This document shows, piece after piece, positions 26,640-37,674 of a stretch of 64,000 nt of DNA. This DNA comes from Magallana gigas. Its lineage: Eukaryota. The stretch is from assembly GCF_963853765.1 (NCBI RefSeq), contig NC_088858.1, positions 34,286,001-34,350,000 of the forward strand, read 5' to 3'. How positions within the stretch are numbered: position 1 is the first letter of the stretch; every line of letters begins with the position of its first letter. The translations under genes were made by a program, and so were the position numbers. The notes below the pieces were generated by a model that saw only the letters and a list, made by a program, of their open reading frames with translations, was not told where the DNA came from and did not search any database.

Positions 26640-27140
26640 ATGATGCAATATGATATTGTAACATAATTATGATATGACATTGTATCTTGTTATACATTAT
26701 TGTATTTGATCACATAATTCAATATCATAATATATGATACAAAATAGTATTATGATACAATATCATATATCATATTATATCACAATATTTTAACAAATGA
26801 TATTATATTGTATAATATAGTATAATGATAGTGTATCATATTTGATACATACTATGATATTGTATCATATGATACAATATAATTTGATAAAATATTTTGC
26901 AATGTCATATTAAACAATAACCTGTGATAAAATACTATATAATACAATATCATATCATACAATATTGTATCGTAATAAACAATATTATTCATAACATTAT
27001 CATATACAATATCATATCATAATGAGAAAAAAAAAGATACAATATCATATCATATAACTTTTTTTTACAGTATAATATATGATATAATATTGAACCAATA
27101 AAACAATGTTTCATATTAACGATACTATATCATAGGAATC
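26640..27140. repeat. Low-complexity AT-rich degenerate minisatellite (atatc/atgat/acaat motifs)
   Basis: Almost no G/C outside recurring gatacaatatcatat-like motifs. Confidence 0.75.
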
Positions 27141-27339
27141 ATGTTTTATCATTTAACAATAAACAAATCTATCAAGCAGGTTTGAGTGAGGATGGAGCTT
27201 TTTTTAACATCCTTCATAATGGAAATCAGGTTCTGCATCTGAAGCTACCACTGCCATTCATTTATTTTATAGTTAAATCAACAATGCAAGCTATTATCTA
27301 TAAAAGATGTTACCTGTTTCAAAAACTAAACCTCATTCA

Positions 27340-27780
27340 GCAGGCGAATGCTATAGCTCAGATTCAGCATTCAAGCCTGACAGGTGCATCAGTACCATGA
27401 GACACATCATCTATGCAAGTTTGGTGAAGTAAGGAACAGCAAAACCATGATAACTAAGTAAAATCATCAGAGAGCACCTGCTCCAAAAACTTAAACCCAC
27501 ACTTAAAACCTTAATCTCCTCCAGCATCCGACACCTGTGGGTCAGATCATAAGACGCACCATCCATGAAAGTTTTGTGAAATTAGTACCAGTAATTACTA
27601 AGATATAAACATCAGAGGGCATCTGCTCCAAAAACTTTAGCAGCTCTAAAAATCTTAACCTCACCCAGAATCCGAAATCTATTGATCAGATTCAGCATTC
27701 AAGCCTGTCAGGTGCATCAGTATCACAAAACGCACCATCCATGCAAGTTTGGTGAAGTTAGGACTAGTAGTAACTTAGAA
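27340..27780. repeat. Degenerate tandem repeats, probable HINE relic
   Basis: cagattcagcattcaagcctg.caggtgcatcagta at ~27359 and ~27686; gc.cctgctccaaaaactt repeated twice. Confidence 0.55.
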
Positions 27781-27998
27781 ATTGCTATCAATTTTAATTT
27801 ATGCAAATTTGAGAAATACATGTATAACAATAGCTGTGTCTAATGTTTTGCGTATGCATGATGCAATAGGCCTGAAGGCAACGGATGAACTTTTTTGAGA
27901 ACAGATCTAGTACAATCACTAGAGTTAGCTACGTAGTTTGATTTACCTACACTGCTCAAACTTTATTTACCTACCTGAACATGGGTATGAGCGATTAC

Positions 27999-28735
27999 TG
28001 TGACACGCAAAATTCACAAAAATTAGCTAGACATAGTTTCACACTTGATAAATTAGGTTTATCGACTGTTAACTATTTTAGTTTTACACTTCTGACACAT
28101 AAATGATCGCGTTAACTATGGTTCACATATGTGAAATATAGATTGACGGCATTCCATAGAGTTTCACAGATGATAAACTAGGTTTATCGACTGTAAATTA
28201 TAGTTTACAGACGCTAAACTATAGTTAACAATAGTTTATTGTTAACTATAGTTTATAAACCGTAAACTATAGTTAATTATTCGTAAACTATAATAAACGA
28301 TCCGTTAGCTATAGTTTTGATCTGCAAAACCACATTTAACTGCTGTTAACGATAATCTAAGTTTATCCGTCTGCAAATAACGTTAACGATCGATTTTGCT
28401 GATAAATATAGATTCACATCTGTAAACTATAATTTGCATTCGTTCACTATGATTAAGAGTTGTTAAAAGTACATGTAGTTTCACACTCCTGAAACTATAT
28501 TTATCAGATAAACTATGTTTTTCAATCGCAAATGGTTGTTTTAAGTGTTGATTCTAGTTTTACACTTCTAAAACATAGGTGATTGCGTTAACGATGGTTT
28601 ACAGATGTAACATATAGATTATCGTCGTTATAAACTATAGTTTTCTGTCCATAAACTATAGTTTACAACCGTTAAATGTAGTTTATCGACTGTAAAACTA
28701 TGATTCGCTCATTTTTGTGAATTTGTCGTGCCATA
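27999..28735. mobile_element. MITE with ~30-bp TIRs and aactatagtt-rich interior
   Basis: Left tgtgacacgcaaaattcacaaaaattagc versus reverse complement of right end tatggcacgacaaattcacaaaaatgagc. Confidence 0.65.
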
Positions 28736-31702
28736 GATTACATTGTGCTGAATTTTTACCAATCAATTAACAAATTAACCAGAACTGTTCTTCATTGTTA
28801 TTCCATTCACGAAGTAACTGTTTGGTAACACATACAAAGTTTTACATAGCCCCAAAACTTCTAAAATTTACTGCATTTGCGCAAGCAGAGTAACATTTTC
28901 AAGTGTGATATTTTCATGAATTGTTTTCCGATTAGTCTAAAGTTGAATATTATTGCTGTACCTGTTTAGGACAAAACTATGTTTGAAACGCTTCAGGTAG
29001 GTTAATAAAGCTATTTAAGTAAACCAAGATGCATGCATGGTTAAATAAAGTGATTGTACTGGACCTGAAGAAAATCACCAAAAGTCTTTCCACGGCATGC
29101 TTTACGCCGGTATTTTCTACCTGAGCCGACATTACCCTTAAATCTAAATAAATTGCACGCATTTGCCACATGTTCATCCTTTAAAAGAACACAAAATTGT
29201 TATGAACCCGAGAAACCTTTCTCGTCGTCAACAAAAGTCAACAAGTGCTTTTCAATCAAAAAGAGTTTTCAAAGGGCAGTAACTCTGTCACTCTTCGCAA
29301 GAGCGCGTTATTTATGCTATTTGTGGAAGAGCTGTGATATTTTTCATGTTAGGTACAATGACACATCTTACTACTGTAGTTATTTTCTAAGGCACTCTTT
29401 CATTTTTATTTCTTCGTTACATGTAGTTCATTCCAGTAAGGGGGTGTTTACTAAACACTTAATTTGCTGAAGCTAGTATATATGTCTGACTCCACCTGTT
29501 GAGGGAGTCTTATACACAATCTTTATTCAACAATCAAGTCACATGCGGGCCAAAAATGTAAAAAAAAATTAACTGACTTAATCATGCCATAAACTGATCA
29601 AAACAGTTGTCAAAAGATACAAAAGCAGTAAATGTATGTTTTTTAAATAAAATTTATATGCATATTGATCGGGGTATACTCTCTGTGTCCACTCTGGATT
29701 TATTTTGGGTTTACTCTAGATTTACTCTGGGTCCACTCTAGTAAACTTGGAGTAAACCCTGAGTAAACCCAGCGTAAATCCAGAAAGTAAACCCAGTGTT
29801 TAGTCTGGGTTTACCTTCTGTTAGGTTTGGTCTGATCGGTACTGTATATGCATATTGCGCATACAGGTACAGAACATTTAAAACTGCGCCGCTGCAGATT
29901 TAAAAAAAATCTTTAAAAATAATATTTAAAATATTTACAACCATTCGTTGCACAAGGTTAAACCTTGCAAATTTGAGTTGTACTGTTGTAGCTTTGTCTC
30001 AAAACAGGGAACCCTATTCTTAAAATAGCCGATACCAACCGCTCGGTCTGATACCAGGGCCAAGATCAAAGCAACTGCGTGATATTCTATGTGTATCAGT
30101 CGGCAAGAGATACACTGTATACGTGTACAATGAAGCTGCTATAGAGATGTATGTCACATTCCCCACAGAGTGTTGTGACTTGACATATAATCTTTTCTAT
30201 GAAAATTTAATGTCAATGTGCCTCCATACACACAGGAATTCTAAGTATAGACTGGATTTTTGTAATAATTTGAAGTTGTTCTTTTTTTAAAATATGAACA
30301 AGTTAAAGACGTGTTAATATTTATTACAAGATTGAAACTACCCACATATGATTTTTTATTTACATAAAGAAAAATTTTAGTACATCACTGCATGCATATA
30401 AATAAAAAAAAAACTAAGAGCTTATCAATTGCTGTATACATATGCACCTTTTCTGGGTCGCTGACACGGGGAGGGGGGGTTACAGTTTTAAAAAAATCTT
30501 TTAATCAATGTCATTCTAACATCACATGTATTGTAAGTTTTATTCCTATGTAATTGGCCTTTCATCCTTCCCTTGAACTTTTTAAAATTATAAACCTACG
30601 TTAGATTAACTTGCTTGTACATAGTAACAGTACGTGGATCCAGCTAGAAAAGAAAATTACGTCGGAGTGATATCGATACTTTGGTTTGCCGGAGGATCCG
30701 AGGCCTATCATTAGTTATTTTATGTGTATTTAATTATACTCTGTCTCGAGTTTTTGCTTCCATCACTTTTCGCTTGATATTTCGATAATAACAAATACCT
30801 TTGTACTCAAACTACGTTCATCCACTAATATGAAAACTGTCCAGATCATCTGTTTTGAAACACCTCCTTTACCGCTTCAGGTTTCAATACACATACCAAA
30901 ATAGAAAGTCTACGGGGATTTTGCATTACATCAGCCATTAATAAGCCCCGATGATAACGTTGAAAATTGCGCGAGGTGTCCCGAGTACTTCCGAATGGAG
31001 AAAAGATGTAAACATTTACCATTATAGATCTCCGTAAGAAATTTGTTTTCGTTCCTGTAAACATTAATGATTGAAAAGGGATAATTTTTCAATGAAGATA
31101 TCTTGGATATTTTCCATTTCATCGATTTCAACTGTACTTCTTTCACAGGTATGTGTATTTTTATTAAAAATAATCAAAAAGTAATGGAAGCAAAAATTTG
31201 GGACATACTGGAGTTTTAATTTTCCAGGGTGGGTCCCCGGCCTTCTCTACCCCCCCCCCCTCCCCCGAATTGTGCTTGATCGAATTATGCCAACAATGTA
31301 CAAATATATGTACATCACCCGAGAGTTAGACAGGATACATATTCCTATGTTGGAATTTGGGTCGTAGGTACGGTTCGAATATACATGACATAAAAATGCA
31401 TTCATATCTACTACTTATAATGCCTCCTGTGAGATTGTCTCTCTATTGTCACTGTAAAGTCACAACACTCAATAATGGTGTTCAAACTCTTTACTGAATA
31501 TCATCACGTGACAAGATGCTTACATCACAGATAACCATCTGATACAGACTGTCGCTTATGTCAATAAACAAATTATAATGCAATAACATAACATCTCCCC
31601 TTTCAAAAAATCTTTTCCATTCCTGAAAAGATTACTAATATTGAACTAAAAAAACAAAAACATGTCCATTTATAAACATGTATGAATCAACCATTTAACA
31701 GT

Positions 31703-33161
31703 TTATTTACAAATGAAATCCTCCAGATGTTTTGGTCGTCTCAGTGTTCGCTGTGGTCTGGGTTCTCTGTGTGGAGTGGCAGCATTTTCATGCAGGTTGG
31801 GTTTCGCAGGTGTGGTGTTTGGCGGATCGGGTTCTGAATGACTCTGTGGTGGTGCGTCATACATTGCTTCAGAATGATCAGAGACGTCAGACGGCAAAGT
31901 GGTTTCTCTGGTCTTCAGAAGTTGTCTGCGATTTCTGCGGTATAGTTGATTGTCACCCATGCGGACTACGTAAGATCTGTCTGCAAGTTTCTGGTCTACT
32001 ATGGCTGGCTCCCACTGTTTCGAATCTTTCTGTACGCGAACTATTTCACCTTTGTTGACGTTGGGTAACGTTGCTGAATGACGATCATAGTAGTACTTTT
32101 GTTTCTCCTGGCGGGCAATAAGTTGAGGTTTGCAGGATTCAACAGCTTTCGAATTCAACAAGTCAGCTGTGATTGGTAACTTTGTACGCAACTGTCTGTT
32201 CATGAGTAGCTGCGATGGTGATAGTCCTATTCCGTCAATCGGTGATGCGCGGTAGTTCATAAGACTGGTGTAGATGTCGCCTCCGGATTCGTCAGCTTTT
32301 CTGAGCAGGTTCTTGACAGTCTGAACACATCTCTCCGCCTGGCCATTCGATTGCGGGTATCTGGGACTTGAAGTGGTGTGAATGAAATCCCACTCAGTTG
32401 CGAATTTCTTGAATGCATAACTCGAAAACTGAGGTCCATTATCCGTAAATAGTTCTGTCGGAATGCCATGACGAGCAAACAGAGATTTGAAACATGTGAT
32501 TGTTTGTGCACTGGTAGTTGGCGACATACGGACAATTTCTGGAAATTTGGAGTAGTAGTCAACACACAGGAGGTATTCAGAGCCTTTAAACTGGAACATA
32601 TCTGCAGCGACTTTTGACCATGGACGTGAGGGCATCTCCTGTGATATCAAAGGTTCCTTGCAGTTGGAATTCCTGTACTTGTTACAAACTGCACATTGTC
32701 CTATAAAGTCTTCAATGTCCTGGTTCATTTTAGGCCAAAACAACAGCTCTCGTGCTCTTGTCTGTGTTTTCACTATGCCCATGTGTGCTTCATGTAACTT
32801 ATTGAGCATTTCCTTTTTCAAGCTGATTGGCACCATGAGTCGTTGGCCTTTGTATAAAAGTCCATCGATGGCAGTGATTTCATCACGGTAGTTCCAATAC
32901 TGTAAGATGTTCAATGGAACACTTGATCTGTCGACTGGCCAACCAATCAAAACGGTATTTTTCAGCGTTTGTAATGTCTCATCAGCAGCAGTCGCCTCTT
33001 TGAGTTGCTGTAGTTTTGCTGGAGACACAGGAAGTTGTGCCTCAATTGAATCAACGTCGATCTCATCGTCGACTAGAATCTCAGGAGTCTCTTGCAGGTA
33101 AGATCGACTCAATGCATCTGAAATATGCATATCCTTTCCCGGTACATACAGTAACTTCAGG
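31703..33161 (-). CDS. Integrase part of the Mag-type polyprotein, out of frame with the upstream ORF
   Basis: (Y)DLKLLYVPGKDMHISDALSR; HHCC LHEAH...CAVC; DDE residues in AADMF, TDNGPQF and QAERCV. Confidence 0.9.
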
Positions 33162-35663
33162 TCAGCGTTGTAACTTCATAAGCATTCTTTGAAGTCTAGG
33201 CGTCGCTCGATACAGTGGTTTGTTGTAGATCGCGACAAGGGGTTTATGATCCGTCTCCACGGTCACCTTTCGGCCATAAATGTAGTGATGAAACTTCTCG
33301 CATCCATATACAATAGCTAGCATTTCACGTTCAATCTGAGCATACCTCTTCTGTGTCTCTGTTAAAGCCCTCGAACCGTATGCCACCGGATGTCCATCTT
33401 GGAGGAGGACTACGCCAAGTCCCTTGGAGCTTGCGTCACCGGAAATGGTAACAGGCTTGTGCACATCATATATACTGAGTACTGGTGTGCTTGAGACTAA
33501 TTGTTTCAGTCTGTCGAAACTTTCCTGCTGAGGTGCATCCCAATGCCATTCGACGTCTTGTTGCAGGAGTGTACGAAGTGGTGCCGTCACATCAGACAAG
33601 TTCGGAATGAACTTAGCTACATATTGTACGACGCCCAAAATGCGCTTGACTCCTGACACGTCCTTTGGTGCTGGCATGTCTACTATCGCTCGTACTTTCT
33701 CAGGGTCTACCTTAATACCACTGTTCGTAATCAAATGTCCGACATACCTCACTTCGGGTACACGGAACTCCACTTTGCTTTTGTTCAACTTAAAGTTCAT
33801 TTCGCGACATCTTTGTAGCATCTGTTGTACCCGGGAATCGTGTTCAGCAATGGTCTCTCCCCATACTAGGATGTCGTCTACTATGCACTCTACGCCCTTT
33901 ATGTCCGGAAACATCTCTTGAACTCGTTTAGAAAACACTTCTGGTGCAGAGCTTACTCCAAATGGTAAACGCAAGTATCTGTACCGACCAAATGGGGTAT
34001 TGAATGTCAACAGCTTTGAACTGGGTTCATCAAGTTTAATGTGCCAAAATCCATGGGTTGCGTCGAACTTCGAAAACACTTTGGCTTGCGGAAGGTTTTC
34101 AATCACTTCGTCGACTGTTTTTAAGTGGTAATGCTCTCTCTTAATTGCACGATTCAAGTCCTTTGGATCAATGCAAAGTCTTATCTTGTTGGGTTTACGG
34201 ACTGTAACTAGACTGTGTACCCAATCGGTGGGCTCGTCTTGTCTCGCGATAACTCCTAACTGTTCCATTCTCAGAAGTTCCGTTTTCACTTTATCACGGA
34301 GTGCTACAGGGACCTTCCTCGGTGGATGAATGACTGGAGTAACGGTGTCGTCAATGTTGATGTGGTGCTTTCCAGGAAGTTCACCCAGTCCCTTGAAAAC
34401 ATCTTCATATGATTTCAGTAGGTTTTCCTTTGACAAGTCCTTGCTCACAGAGTGTACGCGCACAATAGATCCAATTTCTGTGCAGGCATTCTTTCCCAGA
34501 ATCGCTTGAGTATTCGCATCCACTATGAAAAATGACAAGTCATACTTTTCACCTCGCACAGAACACTCCAAAGTCTTGATACCCTTCGGTGTAATTTCAG
34601 TTCCGCCATATGTAACCAACTTGACGCTTGTCTTTGTGAGGTGTTGGTCATGCAACTTTAACTTGTCAAAGACATGTTTCGGAATAATGTTAGCTTGGGC
34701 ACCTGTGTCCAACTTAAAGTCTATATGGTGGTCATTAATGGTCAAGGTTTCAATCCAATCACTCTGGTCTTGATTCACTGTGTTAATCTGTACGGTTCCA
34801 ATGAAAAGTTCTGTATCCTCGTACGAGTCTTCATCGTCTGGTACTCCAACAGCGTGAATTTTCTTTGAATTGTACGATGGTTCTGTCAAACAGTATTTCG
34901 CAAAATGATTCTTATTATGACAACGATGACACGTTTTTCCAAATGCAGGACATGAATCTTTCATGTGTCTTCTTCCACAATTACGACATGACCTCCCATC
35001 AGTACTGTCAGGCCTTTGATTTCCAGTTCTTTGTTTTGCATGTTTTGTATATTTACTATAATTTTGCGAGCTGACCTTTCGTCCACTTTTAGACTGACTT
35101 ATCGCCGCTACTGTTTGTTCTTCACTACCTTTCAGGGACTTTAACTGTTTTGTACTCATTTCCTGAGCCCTACACACATCGATAGCTTTCGCCAATGTCA
35201 AATCCGATTCTCTGAGTAAACGTGCACGACACGCTTCATGATGGATTCCACACACTATTCTATCTCTGATTAGTCCGTCAGATAAATTTCCAAATTCACA
35301 CGGCTGCGCTTTGGTTTTCAAATCCGTCACGTAATTGTCTATGGGTTCATCCGGACCCTGGTTCCGCGTGAAAAACACATGTCTTATGTATGTTAAGTTC
35401 TTACGTGGCTCACAGTATTCTTTGAATCTAGTTTTCAAAACATCAATCTTATCAGCATCGTCGGCTGAGATCCCGAAAGTGTTATACACTCGGCGTGCTT
35501 CAATGCCGGCCACGTGCAAAAATGTAGCTACCTGTATTTTTTCGTCCTTCTCTCCGATTCCTGTAGCCGTAAGATATATATCGAAGCCTTGGATCCACTC
35601 CTTCCAATTTTCTGCAAGATTTCCTTCCATCGATAAATGGCCTGGAGGCTTCAGTTGCTCCAT
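33162..35663 (-). CDS. Gag-protease-RT-RNase H part of the Mag-type polyprotein, ending at a 2-nt deletion
   Basis: ATG at 35663 (MEQLKPPG); zinc knuckles CRNCGRRH...C and CHRCHNKNHFAKYC; protease LDTGA; RT FDATHGFW, IVDD; RNase H DASSKGLG, EREMLA, TDHKPL. Confidence 0.9.
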   Translation of the reverse strand: MEQLKPPGHLSMEGNLAENWKEWIQGFDIYLTATGIGEKDEKIQVATFLHVAGIEARRVYNTFGISADDADKIDVLKTRFKEYCEPRKNLTYIRHVFFTRNQGPDEPIDNYVTDLKTKAQPCEFGNLSDGLIRDRIVCGIHHEACRARLLRESDLTLAKAIDVCRAQEMSTKQLKSLKGSEEQTVAAISQSKSGRKVSSQNYSKYTKHAKQRTGNQRPDSTDGRSCRNCGRRHMKDSCPAFGKTCHRCHNKNHFAKYCLTEPSYNSKKIHAVGVPDDEDSYEDTELFIGTVQINTVNQDQSDWIETLTINDHHIDFKLDTGAQANIIPKHVFDKLKLHDQHLTKTSVKLVTYGGTEITPKGIKTLECSVRGEKYDLSFFIVDANTQAILGKNACTEIGSIVRVHSVSKDLSKENLLKSYEDVFKGLGELPGKHHINIDDTVTPVIHPPRKVPVALRDKVKTELLRMEQLGVIARQDEPTDWVHSLVTVRKPNKIRLCIDPKDLNRAIKREHYHLKTVDEVIENLPQAKVFSKFDATHGFWHIKLDEPSSKLLTFNTPFGRYRYLRLPFGVSSAPEVFSKRVQEMFPDIKGVECIVDDILVWGETIAEHDSRVQQMLQRCREMNFKLNKSKVEFRVPEVRYVGHLITNSGIKVDPEKVRAIVDMPAPKDVSGVKRILGVVQYVAKFIPNLSDVTAPLRTLLQQDVEWHWDAPQQESFDRLKQLVSSTPVLSIYDVHKPVTISGDASSKGLGVVLLQDGHPVAYGSRALTETQKRYAQIEREMLAIVYGCEKFHHYIYGRKVTVETDHKPLVAIYNKPLYRATPRLQRMLMKLQR

Positions 35664-37537
35664 AATCCTTGCAGCTTCGAACTTCTGACACCATGTAAAG
35701 TCACAACACTCAATAATGGTGTTCAAACTCTTTACTGAATATCATCACGTGACAAGATGCTTACATCACAGATAACCATCTGATACAGACTGTCGCTTAT
35801 GTCAATAAACAAATTATAATGCAATAACATAACAGTCACTATTCATCTATTTTCGCATAGTATACAAAGGATTTATATAGCGTAAACATACTATGCCGAA
35901 ATACAACACGCCAAATGTTTTCAACGAAAACCTTACAAGCGCCGACTGCAGGTTCCGAACTCACGATTCCAAAATCATAATGTCTATTATACTAACGCGC
36001 TACTATACCGTTACGCCTCATCAATATAAAACGTAGATACATACAATTGATATCAAGCAATTAAATTGATTAATTTTTCCAAAATCTCCTAATTATTACG
36101 GGATTTTTAGAGATAAAATTTGTCTTAATTTTTTTAACAAATTGATTAACCATTTTGCAAAGAAATTGTACATGAGAATCACGAAAACGCTTTTTTAAAT
36201 GACTCATGATAAAGAATGTACAAGAAAAAAATTCAATGGTTTTAATTAATATTAAAAAGCAAACGTTTGTTTTTCCGATGATTATTTTTAGGGACTACAC
36301 AACACTTTAATGTTACAGCTACTTATTGCGAGGCACATCAGTACACATTCGTATACAACAGTTAGCGTTTTGTGTCCGGCTCGTGCACCATGTATCAAAC
36401 CCTGACTACTATTTAAGCATAGAACATGCACAACACTATTATATAAAGAGTATGTCATGTTGTAAATTTTAAATTTACTGGGTGGCAGTAAATACAAAAT
36501 TTACAACATGACAACAAAATTTTTGTATTTACTGCCACCCGGTAAATTCAAAATTTACAACCTGACAAGTATATTCTAGCTCTGTTATCTAACGCACTAA
36601 TGTACATAGGAATAACTTAGTTACCTTTACTTACTTTTTAGACCAATTCATTAATTTGTTTAAAGAAAAAGTAGTTACAAACAATAAAATACTTTTTTTG
36701 ATGATTCATGCGATCGTCATGCGTCAAACGATAAGAAAAAAATGTTGCATTGGGTTTTGATGGTACCCACGACCTAACATGTGACTTTGGCTACGAATTT
36801 ACGGACTTGTATTATTTTTATGAAACGTTTTACTGGTGGATACAAAATAAATAGAATTAATGTATAGTGGGTCGTACATGTATCTCTACGCATTGTTGAT
36901 TGAAATCGGTTTGTTTTCCATTGAACCTTAGAGTATGACGAAAATATGGAACATAATCCCAACCCATAAGAGAAAAGGCGTTCAAGCTCCAAAAAATGAC
37001 ACTATTTGGATTTTTTCATATGCATACGTCAGTTTAAATCGACAAATTCCAACATTTAACACATTTAAGGGTTACAAATCGATGTTATTTAAAATATACA
37101 TCGTTTTGAATGTTTCTTTACAAAATATTAATTAGTTTTGTTGATATTTTAATTTTTCAGTATCTTATGCCTCCTTGTATAAGCATTTACACGCCTTATC
37201 CACCCTCTTGTTTTATTCAAGAGTGCCTTATAAAGGTACACACACCAAAGATTAATTATTAAACCAACTAAAATCAACATTCATATGTTTATTTCATATA
37301 CTTTATCTGGGTGCTTTGTAGCACATCATGATTATAAAAATTGACAGGCAGTTCACGAAAAATATTTTACTTGCTTAAAATTAGAAATGAATCATTGAAA
37401 AAGATTATAATCTACATTTCAATGTACATATACAATTATTGAGAAGTTCGTGTTCCGTTATCTTAGAAATAGTACGAACCTGACGAAGTCATTGTTCTAT
37501 CATCTGTACAAGAGCAACAGCAACAACTATGATATTC

Positions 37538-37584
<47 letters not shown>

Positions 37585-37674
37585 AAGTTATTTAGCGAAC
37601 AAATGGACGTATATAACGTATATACACCAATTGGTATCATGTATATCATGTATAATAGGACATTTTTTCTAATT

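Larger units (their letters stand above)
31453..35834 (-). mobile_element. Full-length Ty3/Gypsy LTR retrotransposon, Mag-like, very recent insertion
   Basis: Identical 141-bp LTRs 31453-31593 and 35694-35834 (TG...CA); 5-bp TSD GTCAC; PBS TGGTGTCAGAAGT (35693-35681, tRNA-Leu type); PPT AAAGGGGAGA (31603-31594). Confidence 0.97.

Noticed and set aside
15185-30430. A fourth PAN-Sushi-Kringle copy in the middle of the window
   Set aside because: This span corresponds to the gene-free downstream part of the duplicated unit; no PAN, Sushi or kringle motifs were found.
33155-33170. Programmed ribosomal frameshift in the Mag element
   Set aside because: No slippery heptamer is present, and the break falls within a normally continuous QRYDLK motif; a simple 2-nt deletion explains it.
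31732-35694. Plus-strand and alternate-frame ORFs overlapping the Mag element
   Set aside because: Shadow ORFs of gag-pol with no independent motifs.
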